This document shows, in pieces, positions 1 to 10,008 of a DNA stretch of 32,379 nucleotides. The stretch comes from a virus. The position numbers were made by a program, and so were the translations under genes. Below the pieces are notes generated by a model that worked only from the letters and a program-made list of their open reading frames with translations, made no database searches and was not told the origin of the DNA. The stretch lies in UHGV virus genome UHGV-0235014; one strand, given 5' to 3'. The stretch's first letter is position 1. The number at the start of each line of letters is the position of its first letter.

Positions 1-196
1 ACTCGTTAGCTACTAACTCTTTATTAACTGTGGTGGCAGCAATTTCGGCACCACCTTTATTATTAAAAATGTCGTTCGAATACTGACATTTTCCATCTGC
101 ATGCACATATAAAATATCATATGTCTCTGTATCGTAATCACCACTTATGTCTCTGATAACAATTCCTGGCTTCAATGATTTAATTTTCTTGTCCAT
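1..196 (-). CDS. hypothetical protein, 5' portion only (3' end beyond window); AT-rich accessory gene downstream of N
   Basis: Minus-strand ORF starting ATG at 196..194 with GAGGTGA SD 5 nt upstream; N-terminus MDKKIKSLKPGIVIRDISGDYDTETYDILYVHADGK...; open to window edge; AT-rich composition unlike neighbouring N gene. Confidence 0.45.
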   Translation of the reverse strand, partial: MDKKIKSLKPGIVIRDISGDYDTETYDILYVHADGKCQYSNDIFNNKGGAEIAATTVNKELVANE

Positions 197-250
197 ATAT
201 CACCTCAAATAAGTGGTTTGCTGCGAAAATAAATATGCTTAAGTTACCTG

Positions 251-388
251 TTATTTATCCCACCAAGTTCCATATCTATCTATCCAGTTACACCAATCAT
301 CGACACTCCATTTTGCTGTGTCGCATTTTGGCAAATGGCATGAATATCTACCTTCTTTGTAAAGTCGGCGTTTGACTTTCTTGAGCAT
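251..388 (-). CDS. small Cys/Trp-rich hypothetical protein (45 aa)
   Basis: ATG 388..386 nine nt after N stop, SD-like GAGGTGA upstream; translation MLKKVKRRLYKEGRYSCHLPKCDTAKWSVDDWCNWIDRYGTWWDK; below ORF-track size cutoff; not recognised. Confidence 0.35.
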   Translation of the reverse strand: MLKKVKRRLYKEGRYSCHLPKCDTAKWSVDDWCNWIDRYGTWWDK

Positions 389-396
389 GGCTCACC

Positions 397-729
397 TCAA
401 TCGTAATAAGCCGGAATTGATTTTCCGCGTTGCTTCTGGCGGCCTGAGCAAGTCACACCCATTTCACTCCGTGGCTTGCTGTACCATGTGCGCTGATTCT
501 TGCGCTCAATACGTTGCAGGTTGCTTTCAATCTGTTCGTGGTATTCAGCCAGCACTGTAAGGTCTATTGGATTCAGTGCGCTTTCTACTCGTGATTTCGG
601 TTTGCGATTCAGCGAGAGAATAGGGCGGTTAACTGGTTTTGCGCTTACCCCAACCAACAGGGGATTTGCTGCTTTCCATTGAGCCTGTTTCTCTGCGCGA
701 CGTTCGCGGCGGCGTGTTTGTGCATCCAT
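397..729 (-). CDS. N: transcription antitermination protein N (lambda-type)
   Basis: Translation from internal Met MDAQTRRRERRAEKQAQWKAANPLLVGVSAKPVNRPILSLNRKPKSRVESALNPIDLTVLAEYH... matches lambda N as I recall it, including the Arg-rich N-terminal motif; nutL lies upstream on the same strand. Confidence 0.9.
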   Translation of the reverse strand: MDAQTRRRERRAEKQAQWKAANPLLVGVSAKPVNRPILSLNRKPKSRVESALNPIDLTVLAEYHEQIESNLQRIERKNQRTWYSKPRSEMGVTCSGRQKQRGKSIPAYYD

Positions 730-887
730 CTGGATTCTCCTGTCAGTTAGCTTTGGTGGTGTGTGGGAGTCGTAGTCCTGAACGAAAACACCCCGCGATT
801 GGCACATTGGCAGCTAATCCGGATTCGCACTTCCGACCAATGCTTCGTTTCGTATCACACACCCCAAAGCCTTCTGCTTTGAATGCT

Positions 888-918
888 GCCCTTCTTCAGG
901 GCTTAATTTTTAAGAGCA
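888..918 (-). promoter_or_regulatory. nutL site (boxA + boxB hairpin) read on minus strand
   Basis: Reverse complement gives TGCTCTTAAAAATTAA followed by GCCCTGAAGAAGGGC (boxB inverted repeat GCCC/GGGC), the lambda nutL arrangement, between PL and N. Confidence 0.7.
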
Positions 919-963
919 TCACCTTCAATGGTGGTCAGTGCGTCCTGCTGATGGCTTAAAATT

Positions 964-1031
964 ACAAGAAAGATTGTATGTTGTAAACAAGAAATATTGT
1001 AAAAAGAGACGTGAAAAACAAACTCCATTGT
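964..1031 (-). promoter_or_regulatory. OL operator cluster / PL promoter region (phage 434-type 14-bp operators)
   Basis: ACAAGAAAGATTGT (964..977), ACAAGAAATATTGT (987..1000), ACAAACTCCATTGT (1018..1031) all fit ACAA-N6-TTGT 434-type operator pattern; located between N/nutL and the cI operon. Confidence 0.7.
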
Positions 1032-1081
1032 TTTTAAACGGAAAATAGTTTGTTTTTTGGTTATCGAGATTGAGGTGTGGA

Positions 1082-2434
<1,353 letters not shown>

Positions 2435-2442
2435 GACATTCC

Positions 2443-2474
2443 CGCTCTTACACATCCCCGCCCTGAAAAAGGGC
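2443..2474 (+). promoter_or_regulatory. nutR site (boxA CGCTCTTA + boxB GCCCTGAAAAAGGGC)
   Basis: CGCTCTTACACAT at 2443.. followed by boxB hairpin GCCCTGAAAAAGGGC at 2460..2474, immediately after cro. Confidence 0.8.
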
Positions 2475-2550
2475 ATTACCAGAAACAAATCTCTATGGTT
2501 TTGCGTTTCTTTGCGAAGCCAACTCTATCTAATTATTAAGGAAATTATGT

Positions 2551-2832
2551 ATGGGTACTATTGCAACTAAAAGCAAGAAAGCGGCTCGCATCGAGTCAGC
2601 CTTGCTGAACAAACTGGCTCTGATGGGGCAGAAGACATTCGCTCGAGCAATGGGGGTTCCTGAATATCAGGTAAGCCGATGGAAGAATGGTTTCTTCTCG
2701 CAGGTAAGCATGATGCTGGCTGTTCTGGAATACGGAATCGAAGACGATGAAATGGCTGAATTGACTAAGCGGCTTGCCGATTACCTGACAAAAGAAAAAG
2801 CCCCGAAGAACGGCGAATTCTTCGAGGCCTGA
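2551..2832 (+). CDS. cII: CII-like transcriptional activator
   Basis: 93 aa; ..RIESALLNKLA..G....A.A.GV...QVSRWK......S.MLAVLE.G..DD.MA parallels lambda CII HTH region; position between nutR and O. Confidence 0.8.
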   Translation: MGTIATKSKKAARIESALLNKLALMGQKTFARAMGVPEYQVSRWKNGFFSQVSMMLAVLEYGIEDDEMAELTKRLADYLTKEKAPKNGEFFEA

Positions 2833-2866
2833 TGTAGAAAGACTGGATCAATCCACAGGAGTAATT

Positions 2867-3028
2867 ATGACAAAACGTCGTAAGAAATACCAGGAAAAAG
2901 AAGAGATTCGACACCCTGATTCACCTGAGGGATTAGTGGTTGCCGCAGCAAATAACAGGGCGTTCGCAGAGCGCCTTGTTGGTGTTTACAGACTAGCCAA
3001 AGCAGGAGTGAAACATGGGCGTCGTTAA
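2867..3028 (+). CDS. small basic hypothetical protein (53 aa) overlapping O start
   Basis: ATG 2867 with CAGGAGT SD; [53 protein letters not shown]; ends 14 nt into O gene; not in ORF track (short). Confidence 0.35.
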   Translation: MTKRRKKYQEKEEIRHPDSPEGLVVAAANNRAFAERLVGVYRLAKAGVKHGRR

Positions 3029-3836
3029 GTTAGCTGATTACAGGCCTCAACTGGAGGTCGTGGAGCATCGCGTGGCAGACACCGAAGATGGTTTCATGCG
3101 CGTTGCTAACGAGATTACCGACAGTCTGCTGATGGCTGATTTAACCGTCCGGCAGTTGAAGGTGATGCTCGCTATCATGCGCAAGACATACGGATTCAAT
3201 AAGCCGATGGATCGACTCACAAACACGCAGATAGCAGCCATGACAGGTATTCATCACACTCATGTTTGCGCTGCCAAGCGCCAGCTTATTGAGCGTAAAT
3301 TCCTCATTGCTGATGGCGTGAAAATCGGAGTGAACAAGGTGGTTTCGCAGTGGATTAGCCAGGACAGCTTAACATTAGCTAAAACAGCTAATAAAACATT
3401 AGCCAAGTCGGCTAATGGGTATAAGCCAAGTCAGCTAAACACAAAAGACAATATACAAAAGACAATAAATACAAATACCCCCTTACCCCCTAACGGGGGC
3501 GGCGATGGGCAGGTTAAACCTGAACGTCGCAAGGCAGAACGCATCGACTACGAATCCTTCCTGAACGCCTACAACACCGAAGTTGGTGACAGACTGCCAC
3601 ACGCTGTTGCGGTCAACGAGAAACGCAAACGCCGCCTGAAGAAAATCATCCCGCAACTGAAAACGCCAAACGTGGACGGTTTCAGAGCGTATGTCAGGGC
3701 GTTTGTGCATCAGGCCAAGCCGTTTTACTTCGGAGACAACGACACGGGCTGGACGGCCGATTTTGATTACCTGCTGAGGGAAGACTCGTTAACGGGAGTA
3801 CGGGAAGGGAAGTTTGCAGACAGGGGGATTGCATGA
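3015..3836 (+). CDS. O: replication initiator O-like protein (origin-binding; P22 gene 18 / lambda O family)
   Basis: 273 aa; N-domain ..DLT.RQ.KV.LAI.RKTYG.NKPMDR.T..Q.. parallels lambda O iteron-binding domain; internal iteron/AT-rich origin; followed by helicase with ATGA overlap. Confidence 0.85.
   Translation: MGVVKLADYRPQLEVVEHRVADTEDGFMRVANEITDSLLMADLTVRQLKVMLAIMRKTYGFNKPMDRLTNTQIAAMTGIHHTHVCAAKRQLIERKFLIADGVKIGVNKVVSQWISQDSLTLAKTANKTLAKSANGYKPSQLNTKDNIQKTINTNTPLPPNGGGDGQVKPERRKAERIDYESFLNAYNTEVGDRLPHAVAVNEKRKRRLKKIIPQLKTPNVDGFRAYVRAFVHQAKPFYFGDNDTGWTADFDYLLREDSLTGVREGKFADRGIA
3372..3478. repeat. putative replication origin: iteron-like repeats plus AT-rich tract inside O
   Basis: Three related ~18-19 bp units ATTAGCTAAAACAGCTAAT / ATTAGCCAAGTCGGCTAAT / ATAAGCCAAGTCAGCTAAA (3374..3439) followed by A-rich stretch ACAAAAGACAATATACAAAAGACAATAAATACAAATAC. 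Confidence 0.55.
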
Positions 3837-5209
3837 AACAGGATATCGAAGCGAGCGTTATCGGTGGCCTGCTGATTGGTGGATTAACACCAACCGCCAG
3901 CGACGTTCTGGCAACGCTGGAGCCGGAAGCGTTTTCAATTCCGCTCTACCGGAAAGCCTTCGAGGTTATCCGCAAGCAGGCGCGAAACAGAAACCTAATC
4001 GACGCGCTGATGGTTGCCGAGGCGTGCGGAGAGGAGCATTTCACGTCAATCCTGATGACCAGCAAAAACTGCCCGAGTGCCGCAAACCTGAAGGGATATG
4101 CCGGAATGGTCGCGGATAACTATCACCGCCGTCTGGTGCTGGAAATCATGGATGAAATGCGTGAACCAATTCAGAGCGGAACCATCGATACATCGAGTCA
4201 GGCGATGGACGAGCTTGTAAAGCGTCTTTCAGCCATCAGAAAGCCCCGTGACGAGGTTAAACCTGTACGGTTAGGGGAAATCATTACTGACTACACTGAC
4301 ACGCTTGACAGGCGTCTGAGGAACGGAGAAGAGTCAGATACCCTGAAGACCGGAATCGAAGAACTTGACGCCATCACCGGAGGGATGAACGCGGAAGACC
4401 TGGTGATAATCGCTGCTCGTCCTGGTATGGGGAAAACCGAACTGGCGCTGAAGATTGCCGAAGGCGTTGCAAGCCGCGTTATTCCTGGTTCTGACGTCAG
4501 GCGTGGAGTATTGATTTTCTCGATGGAAATGAGCGCATTGCAGATTGCAGAGCGAAGCATCGCCAACGCCGGGAGGATGTCGGTTAGCGTGCTGCGAAAT
4601 CCTGCATCGATGGATGACGAAGGCTGGGCGCGCGTTGCTAACGGCATGAGTCAGCTTGCAGATTTGGATGTATGGGTGGTCGATGCCTCGCGGTTATCGG
4701 TCGAAGAAATACGCTCAATCGCAGAACGGCACAAACAGGAAAATCCAAACCTGTCACTCATCATGGTGGATTATCTTGGCCTGATTGAGAAGCCGAAAGC
4801 AGATCGCAACGACCTCGCAATTGCTCACATCTCCGGAAGCCTGAAGGCGATGGCGAAAGACCTGAAAACGCCTGTTATCTCCCTAAGTCAGCTTTCACGC
4901 GATGTTGAGAAGCGACCAAACAAACGCCCGACAAACGCAGATTTGCGTGATTCAGGAAGCATTGAACAGGACGCAGACTCAATCATCATGCTCTATCGGG
5001 AAGCGGTATATGACGAGAACAGTAGCGCCGCGCCATTTGCTGAAATCATCGTGACGAAAAACCGTTTTGGCTCGCTTGGTACGGTTTACCAGCGGTTCTG
5101 CAACGGACACTTTGTTGCATGTGACCAGGATGAAGCCAGACAGATTTGCACAGCATCAAATGCACCCGCTGCACGTGGCAGACGATATGCACAAGGGGCT
5201 GACGTATGA
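3833..5209 (+). CDS. DnaB-like replicative helicase (phage-encoded; P22 gene 12-like rather than lambda P)
   Basis: 458 aa; Walker [16 protein letters not shown], DnaB-type N-domain, RecA-like C-domain motifs; ATGA overlap with O. Confidence 0.85.
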   Translation: MKQDIEASVIGGLLIGGLTPTASDVLATLEPEAFSIPLYRKAFEVIRKQARNRNLIDALMVAEACGEEHFTSILMTSKNCPSAANLKGYAGMVADNYHRRLVLEIMDEMREPIQSGTIDTSSQAMDELVKRLSAIRKPRDEVKPVRLGEIITDYTDTLDRRLRNGEESDTLKTGIEELDAITGGMNAEDLVIIAARPGMGKTELALKIAEGVASRVIPGSDVRRGVLIFSMEMSALQIAERSIANAGRMSVSVLRNPASMDDEGWARVANGMSQLADLDVWVVDASRLSVEEIRSIAERHKQENPNLSLIMVDYLGLIEKPKADRNDLAIAHISGSLKAMAKDLKTPVISLSQLSRDVEKRPNKRPTNADLRDSGSIEQDADSIIMLYREAVYDENSSAAPFAEIIVTKNRFGSLGTVYQRFCNGHFVACDQDEARQICTASNAPAARGRRYAQGADV

Positions 5210-5282
5210 CCATCTACATCACTGAGCTAATAACAGGCCTGCTGGTAATCGCAGGCCTTTTTATTTGGGGGAGAGGGAAGTC

Positions 5283-5723
5283 ATGAAAAAACTAACCTTT
5301 GAAATTCGATCTCCAGCACATCAGCAAAACGCTATTCACGCGGTACAGCAAATCCTTCCAGACCCAACCAAACCAATCGTAGTAACCATTCAGGAGCGCA
5401 ACCGCAGCTTAGACCAGAATCGGAAGCTTTGGGCTTGTCTTGGTGACGTTTCGCGTCAGGTTGAATGGCATGGTCGCTGGCTGGATGCAGAAAGCTGGAA
5501 GTGTGTGTTTACCGCAGCATTAAAGCAGCAGGACGTTGTTCCTAACCTTGCCGGGAATGGCTTTGTGGTAATAGGCCAGTCAACCAGCAGGATGCGTGTA
5601 AATGAATTTGCGGAGCTATTAGAGCTTATACAGGCATTCGGTACAGAGCGTGGCGTTAAGTGGTCAGACGAAGCGCGACTGGCTCTCGAATGGAAAGCGC
5701 GATGGGGAGACAGGGCAGCATGA
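5283..5723 (+). CDS. ninB: NinB recombination protein
   Basis: [73 protein letters not shown]... matches lambda NinB as I recall it. Confidence 0.9.
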   Translation: MKKLTFEIRSPAHQQNAIHAVQQILPDPTKPIVVTIQERNRSLDQNRKLWACLGDVSRQVEWHGRWLDAESWKCVFTAALKQQDVVPNLAGNGFVVIGQSTSRMRVNEFAELLELIQAFGTERGVKWSDEARLALEWKARWGDRAA

Positions 5724-5902
5724 GACGACAGCGACGAAGTATCACCGACATCATCTGCGAAAACTGCAAATACCTTCCAACGAAACGCTCCAGAAATAAC
5801 CGCAAGCCAATCCCAAAAGAATCTGACGTAAAAACCTTCAACTACACGGCTCACCTGTGGGATATCCGGTGGCTAAGACATCGTGCGAGGAAAACAAGGT
5901 GA
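5720..5902 (+). CDS. ninD: NinD
   Basis: [60 protein letters not shown]; ATGA overlap with ninB stop. Confidence 0.8.
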   Translation: MRRQRRSITDIICENCKYLPTKRSRNNRKPIPKESDVKTFNYTAHLWDIRWLRHRARKTR

Positions 5903-6069
5903 TTGACCAAAATCGAAGTTACGAACAAGAAAGCGTCGAGCGGGCTTTAACGTGCGCTAATTGCGGTCAGAAGCTGCATGTGCTGGAAGTTCACGTGTGT
6001 GAGCACTGCTGTGCAGAACTGATGAGCGATCCGAATAGCTCAATGTACGAGGAAGAAGACGATGAATGA
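5899..6069 (+). CDS. ninF: NinF (GTG start inferred)
   Basis: [55 protein letters not shown] resembles lambda NinF; GTGA overlap with ninD stop; alternative ATG start at 5857. Confidence 0.7.
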   Translation: MIDQNRSYEQESVERALTCANCGQKLHVLEVHVCEHCCAELMSDPNSSMYEEEDDE

Positions 6070-6784
6070 GTTAATAAATGGCAATGCCATCAAAATGACA
6101 AGCATTGAAATCGCTGAGTTGGTGGGTAAGCGTCATGACAATGTGAAACGTACCATCGAAACGCTGGCTAAAAATGGTGTTATCCGGCTTCCTCAAATTG
6201 AGGTTTCCGAAAGAATCAATAACTTAGGGTTCAATGTTCAGTACGAGCATTACGTCTTCGAAGGCGAACAAGGTAAGCGAGATAGTATTGTTGTTGTTGC
6301 CCAGTTGTCGCCGGAATTCACCGCTCGCCTTGTTGACCGCTGGCGAGAGCTTGAAGAAGCTGCGGTTAATATCCCCAAAACGCTACCGGAAGCGTTGCGC
6401 CTTGCTGCTGATCTTGCTGAGCAGAAAATGCAACTGGAAAACCAGCTCGCAATTGCCGCACCTAAAGTTGAGTTTGCCGATCGCGTTGGCGAGGCCAGCG
6501 GAATTTTGATTGGAAACTTTGCAAAGGTTGTTGGAATTGGTCCAAACAAACTGTTTGCGTGGATGCGCGATCACAAAATCCTTATTGCTTCAGGTTCCCG
6601 GCGAAATGTGCCAATGCAGGAATATATGGATCGCGGCTATTTCACAGTGAAAGAAACAGCGGTCAACACAAATCACGGAATACAGATATCGTTCACCACA
6701 AAAATCACCGGGCGTGGTCAACAGTGGCTGACCAGAAAGCTGCTCGATAACGGAATGCTGAAAGTAACAGGGGAGGCTGCTTAA
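6062..6784 (+). CDS. Roi-like DNA-binding protein / phage antirepressor KilAC-domain protein
   Basis: 240 aa; N-terminal Rha-like region (TSIEIAELVGKRHDNVKRTIETL) and C-terminal KilAC-like region; occupies nin region slot where HK022 has roi; family assignment from memory. Confidence 0.7.
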   Translation: MNELINGNAIKMTSIEIAELVGKRHDNVKRTIETLAKNGVIRLPQIEVSERINNLGFNVQYEHYVFEGEQGKRDSIVVVAQLSPEFTARLVDRWRELEEAAVNIPKTLPEALRLAADLAEQKMQLENQLAIAAPKVEFADRVGEASGILIGNFAKVVGIGPNKLFAWMRDHKILIASGSRRNVPMQEYMDRGYFTVKETAVNTNHGIQISFTTKITGRGQQWLTRKLLDNGMLKVTGEAA

Positions 6785-7074
6785 TGGCTAACCTACGCAA
6801 AGAAGCGCGCGGCAGAGAATGCCAGGTACGTATTTACGGCGTATGCAATGGTAATCCTGAAACTACAGTTCTGGCACATTACCGGATGGCTGGAATTTGC
6901 GGAACGGGAATGAAACCTGACGACCTGATCGGCGCATGGGCTTGTAGCGCGTGTCACGATGAAATCGACCGACGCACCCATAATCTCGACAACAAAGACG
7001 CCAGACTTTACCACCTCGAAGGCGTAATCAGGACGCAGGCGATACTGCTGAAGGAGGGGAAGATTAAGTCATGA
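6784..7074 (+). CDS. nin-region Cys-rich hypothetical protein (DUF1364/NinX-like, tentative)
   Basis: 96 aa with C-x-V-R-I-Y-G-V-C and C-S-A-C-H pairs; start overlaps previous stop (TAATG). Confidence 0.6.
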   Translation: MANLRKEARGRECQVRIYGVCNGNPETTVLAHYRMAGICGTGMKPDDLIGAWACSACHDEIDRRTHNLDNKDARLYHLEGVIRTQAILLKEGKIKS

Positions 7075-7433
7075 ACGAATATCAGTTTGTGCTTCCATAC
7101 CCGCCGTCGGTGAATACCTACTGGCGAAGACGGGGAAGCCAATACTACATCAGCCATAAAGGCCAGAAATACCGAAAAGACGTTCAGCAAATCATCCACC
7201 AACTCAAGTTAGATATTTTCACCAAATCACGACTCCGCATCAAAGTCATCGCAGACGTTCCAGACTACCGCCGCCGCGACCTCGATAACATCCTGAAAGG
7301 TTTACTCGATTCCCTTATCCACGCCGGATTTGCGGAAGACGACGAGCAATTCGATGACATTAGCGTAATTCGTGGTGTGAAAGTACCAGGCGGACGGCTT
7401 GGAATAAAAATCACCGAACTGGAGAACGCATGA
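7071..7433 (+). CDS. rusA: RusA-family Holliday junction resolvase
   Basis: 120 aa; LPYPPSVNTYW...DVPDYRRRDLDNILKGLLDSL..AGF..DD.Q..D....K motif pattern of RusA; ATGA overlap. Confidence 0.85.
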   Translation: MNEYQFVLPYPPSVNTYWRRRGSQYYISHKGQKYRKDVQQIIHQLKLDIFTKSRLRIKVIADVPDYRRRDLDNILKGLLDSLIHAGFAEDDEQFDDISVIRGVKVPGGRLGIKITELENA

Positions 7434-7618
7434 ACGCCACAATTCAAACGATACCAGAGCTTCTTATCCAGACACGAGGCAATCAGACCGAGGTGGCGAG
7501 GATGCTTTCCTGTGCAAGAGGAACAGTGCTCAAGTACAACCGAGACAGCAAAGGTGAGCGTCACGTAATAGTTAACGGCGTCCTGATGGTCAAACAGGGC
7601 AAGAGGGGTAGACCATGA
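7430..7618 (+). CDS. ninH: NinH-like protein
   Basis: 62 aa; TIPELLIQTRGNQTEVARMLSCARGTVLKY parallels lambda NinH HTH; ATGA overlaps both neighbours. Confidence 0.75.
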   Translation: MNATIQTIPELLIQTRGNQTEVARMLSCARGTVLKYNRDSKGERHVIVNGVLMVKQGKRGRP

Positions 7619-8238
7619 GACTCGAAAGTGTAGCTAAATTTCATTCGCCAAAAAGCCCGATGATGAGCGACTCACCACGGGCTACGGCTTCTGACTCTCT
7701 TTCCGGTACTGATGTGATGGCTGCTATGGGGATGGCGCAATCACAAGCCGGATTCGGAATGGCTGCATTCTGTGGTAAACATGAACTCAGCCAGAACGAC
7801 AAACAAAAGGCTATCAACTATCTGATGCAATTTGCACACAAGGTATCGGGGAAATACCGTGGTGTGGCAAAGCTTGAAGGAAATACTAAGACAAAGGTAC
7901 TGCAAGTGCTCGCAACATTCGCTTATGCGGATTATTGCCGTAGTGCCGCGACGCCGGGCGCAAGATGCAGAGATTGCCACGGTACAGGCCGTGCGGTTGA
8001 TATAGCCAAAACGGAGCAGTGGGGGAGAGTTGTTGAGAAAGAGTGCGGAAGATGCAAAGGCGTCGGTTATTCAAGGATGCCAGCAAGCGCCGCATATCGC
8101 GCTGTAACGATGCTAATCCCAAACCTTACTCAACCCACCTGGTCACGCACTGTTAAGCCGCTGTATGACGCTCTGGTGGTGCAATGCCACAAAGAAGAGT
8201 CAATCGCAGACAACATTTTGAATGCTGTCACACGTTAG
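7615..8238 (+). CDS. Q: late gene antiterminator Q (lambda-type)
   Basis: 207 aa MRLESVAKFHSPKSPMMSDSPRATASDSL... matches lambda Q as I recall it, including Zn-finger CRDCHGTG...CGRCKG; followed by PR'. Confidence 0.9.
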   Translation: MRLESVAKFHSPKSPMMSDSPRATASDSLSGTDVMAAMGMAQSQAGFGMAAFCGKHELSQNDKQKAINYLMQFAHKVSGKYRGVAKLEGNTKTKVLQVLATFAYADYCRSAATPGARCRDCHGTGRAVDIAKTEQWGRVVEKECGRCKGVGYSRMPASAAYRAVTMLIPNLTQPTWSRTVKPLYDALVVQCHKEESIADNILNAVTR

Positions 8239-8280
8239 CAGCATGATTGCCACGGATGGCAACATATTAACGGCATAATA

Positions 8281-8316
8281 TTGACTTATTGAATAAAGTT
8301 GGGTAAATTTGACTCA
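8281..8316 (+). promoter_or_regulatory. late promoter PR' with overlapping qut site
   Basis: TTGACT (8281..8286) - 17 nt - TAAATT (8304..8309) matches lambda PR' as I recall it; directly downstream of Q. Confidence 0.75.
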
Positions 8317-8342
8317 ACGATGGATAAATGCACTCGTTAAAT

Positions 8343-8380
8343 AAAGCCCTGAGTTAATAGCTCGGGGCTTTTTGCGTTTT
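8343..8380 (+). terminator. intrinsic terminator shortly downstream of PR'
   Basis: 11-bp stem AAAGCCCTGAG / CTCGGGGCTTT with 7-nt loop followed by TTTTGCGTTTT. Confidence 0.6.
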
Positions 8381-8515
8381 AAGCACGGCCTTTCTGAAAG
8401 CACATCAAACCAAATACCAGACAGACAAAAATAATCACCTTATCCGCTGTGGCTACGGTGCGGTGTGCTTTGCATAAAAGAAAACCAGCGCAATGGCTGG
8501 CTTCGTGAAAGCGGG

Positions 8516-8550
8516 TGGCATGAGGTTGCGCTAACAACCTCCTGCCGTTT
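8516..8550 (+). terminator. second hairpin + U-tract (candidate tR'-like terminator)
   Basis: GGCATGAGGTTG..CAACCTCCTGCC 12-bp stem (one mismatch) followed by GTTTTG; about 200 nt from PR' start. Confidence 0.5.
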
Positions 8551-8673
8551 TGCCCGTGCATATCGGTCACGAACAAATCTGATTACTAAACACAGTAGCC
8601 TGGATTTGTTCTATCAGTAATCGACCTTATTCCTAATTAAATAGAGCAAATCCCCTCAATGAAGGGGTAGAGC

Positions 8674-8877
8674 ATGTACCGTATGGACAAAATCAGAGAA
8701 TGGTTCAGTTACAGCTTCGGAGGACTGACTGCGATGGGTGGCATTCTCTCCCTGAATGACTGGGCTGTCATCATTGGTATTCTTTGTACTGTCGGCACAT
8801 TTGGCATCAACTGGTACTACAAGCGCAAAGAGCGCGAGGACAGATTGAATGGCAATGTCACCGGCACTACGAAATAG
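8674..8877 (+). CDS. holin (small two-TMD, dual-start; pinholin-like)
   Basis: 67 aa MYRMDKI... with Met1-x-Arg-Met4 dual start, two hydrophobic segments, charged C-tail; immediately upstream of SAR endolysin; SD embedded in hairpin CCCCTCAATGAAGGGG. Confidence 0.75.
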   Translation: MYRMDKIREWFSYSFGGLTAMGGILSLNDWAVIIGILCTVGTFGINWYYKRKEREDRLNGNVTGTTK

Positions 8878-9352
8878 CGTAATAGCGGCGATAAGTGGCG
8901 GGGCTATTGCTATAGCATCTGTGTTAATCACTGGACCAAGTGGTAACGATGGTCTGGAAGGTGTCAGCTACATACCATACAAAGATATTGTTGGTGTATG
9001 GACTGTATGTCACGGACACACCGGAAAAGACATCATGCTCGGTAAAACGTATACCGAAGCAGAATGCAAAGCTCTCCTGAACAAAGACCTTGCCACGGTC
9101 GCCAGACAAATTAACCCGTACATCAAAGTCGATATACCGGAAACAACGCGCGGCGCTCTTTACTCGTTCGTCTACAACGTGGGGGCTGGCAATTTCAGAA
9201 CATCGACGCTTCTTCGCAAAATCAACCAGGGCGATATCAAGGGCGCATGTGACCAGCTGCGTCGCTGGACATACGCTGGCGGTAAGCAATGGAAAGGGCT
9301 GATGACCCGTCGCGATATTGAGCGTGAAGTCTGTTTGTGGGGGCAGCAATGA
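8849..9352 (+). CDS. SAR endolysin (lysozyme with N-terminal signal-anchor-release domain, phage 21 R-like)
   Basis: 167 aa; N-terminal Gly/Ala-rich weakly hydrophobic SAR segment [16 protein letters not shown]; T4-lysozyme-like core; resembles P21 R as I recall it. Confidence 0.85.
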   Translation: MAMSPALRNSVIAAISGGAIAIASVLITGPSGNDGLEGVSYIPYKDIVGVWTVCHGHTGKDIMLGKTYTEAECKALLNKDLATVARQINPYIKVDIPETTRGALYSFVYNVGAGNFRTSTLLRKINQGDIKGACDQLRRWTYAGGKQWKGLMTRRDIEREVCLWGQQ

Positions 9353-9786
9353 GCAGGTTAACCGCGATTATCTCCGCTCTGGTTATCTGCATCATCGTCT
9401 GTCTGTCATGGGCTGTTAATCATTACCGTGATAACGCCATTACCTACAAAGAGCAGCGCGATAAGGCCACATCCACAATCGCTGATATGCAGAAGCGTCA
9501 ACGTGATGTAGCAGAACTCGATGCCAGATATACAAAGGAGCTTGCTGATGCTAACGCGACTATCGAAAGTCTCCGTGCTGATATTTCTGCTGGTCGTAAG
9601 CGCCTGCAAGTCGCTGCCACCTGTGCAAAGTCAACGACCGGAGCCAGCAGCATGGGCGATGGAGAAAGCCCAAGACTTACAGCAGATGCTGAACTCAATT
9701 ATTACCGTCTACGAAGTGGAATCGACAGAATAACCGCGCAGGTTAACTACCTGCAGGAGTACATCAGGGCGCAATGCCTTCGATGA
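9349..9786 (+). CDS. Rz: Rz i-spanin
   Basis: [34 protein letters not shown]... matches lambda Rz N-terminus; N-terminal TMD then coiled coil; ATGA overlap with endolysin. Confidence 0.85.
   Translation: MSRLTAIISALVICIIVCLSWAVNHYRDNAITYKEQRDKATSTIADMQKRQRDVAELDARYTKELADANATIESLRADISAGRKRLQVAATCAKSTTGASSMGDGESPRLTADAELNYYRLRSGIDRITAQVNYLQEYIRAQCLR
9548..9733 (+). CDS. Rz1: Rz1 o-spanin lipoprotein embedded in +1 frame of Rz
   Basis: [25 protein letters not shown]... lipobox VVSAC, Pro-rich mature region, entirely within Rz. Confidence 0.75.
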   Translation: MLTRLSKVSVLIFLLVVSACKSLPPVQSQRPEPAAWAMEKAQDLQQMLNSIITVYEVESTE

Positions 9787-10008
9787 TAACGATAATTTTA
9801 CTCATCATCCTTCACATCTGGCTCTGTAGACAGGGTGGTGATCACTTCTGGAGTGAATCCAGATTAAACATCTCATTGCTGATGCTTGATATTGAGCATC
9901 TGGCGCGCGGTAAGGGGCTGCGTTGAGATAAGAGCCAGTCATCACAAACACCAGGATTTAGCCTCGCATTCGCGGGGTTTTTTTATTCCCAACTCCATAG
10001 GTAATTTT

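Noticed and set aside
372-959. Plus-strand ORFs 372..560, 500..682 and 639..959 from the six-frame track
   Set aside because: They are antisense to or overlap the N gene and the nutL/PL region, lack SD sequences, and the well-matched N on the minus strand explains the open frames.
3047-5209. ORFs 3047..3241(-), 3483..3710(-), 3814..4119(+), 4291..4647(-) inside O and the helicase gene
   Set aside because: Alternative-frame or antisense ORFs within well-supported replication genes; no RBS and no recognisable motifs.
5206-5286. 26-aa hydrophobic micro-ORF ([26 protein letters not shown]) between helicase and ninB
   Set aside because: Too short and without a clear SD; it may be a real membrane peptide but the sequence alone does not support a call.
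8379-8576. Minus-strand ORF 8379..8576 (65 aa) in the Q-holin intergenic region
   Set aside because: Lies antisense across the late leader hairpins with no RBS; the region is better explained as PR' leader/terminator RNA structure.
9783-9926. 47-aa hydrophobic ORF overlapping the Rz stop, and the ORF-track start of 9886..10488
   Set aside because: No convincing SD; the downstream gene has a better start at 10009, and a terminator-like hairpin ending in a T-run at about 9955..9985 separates them.
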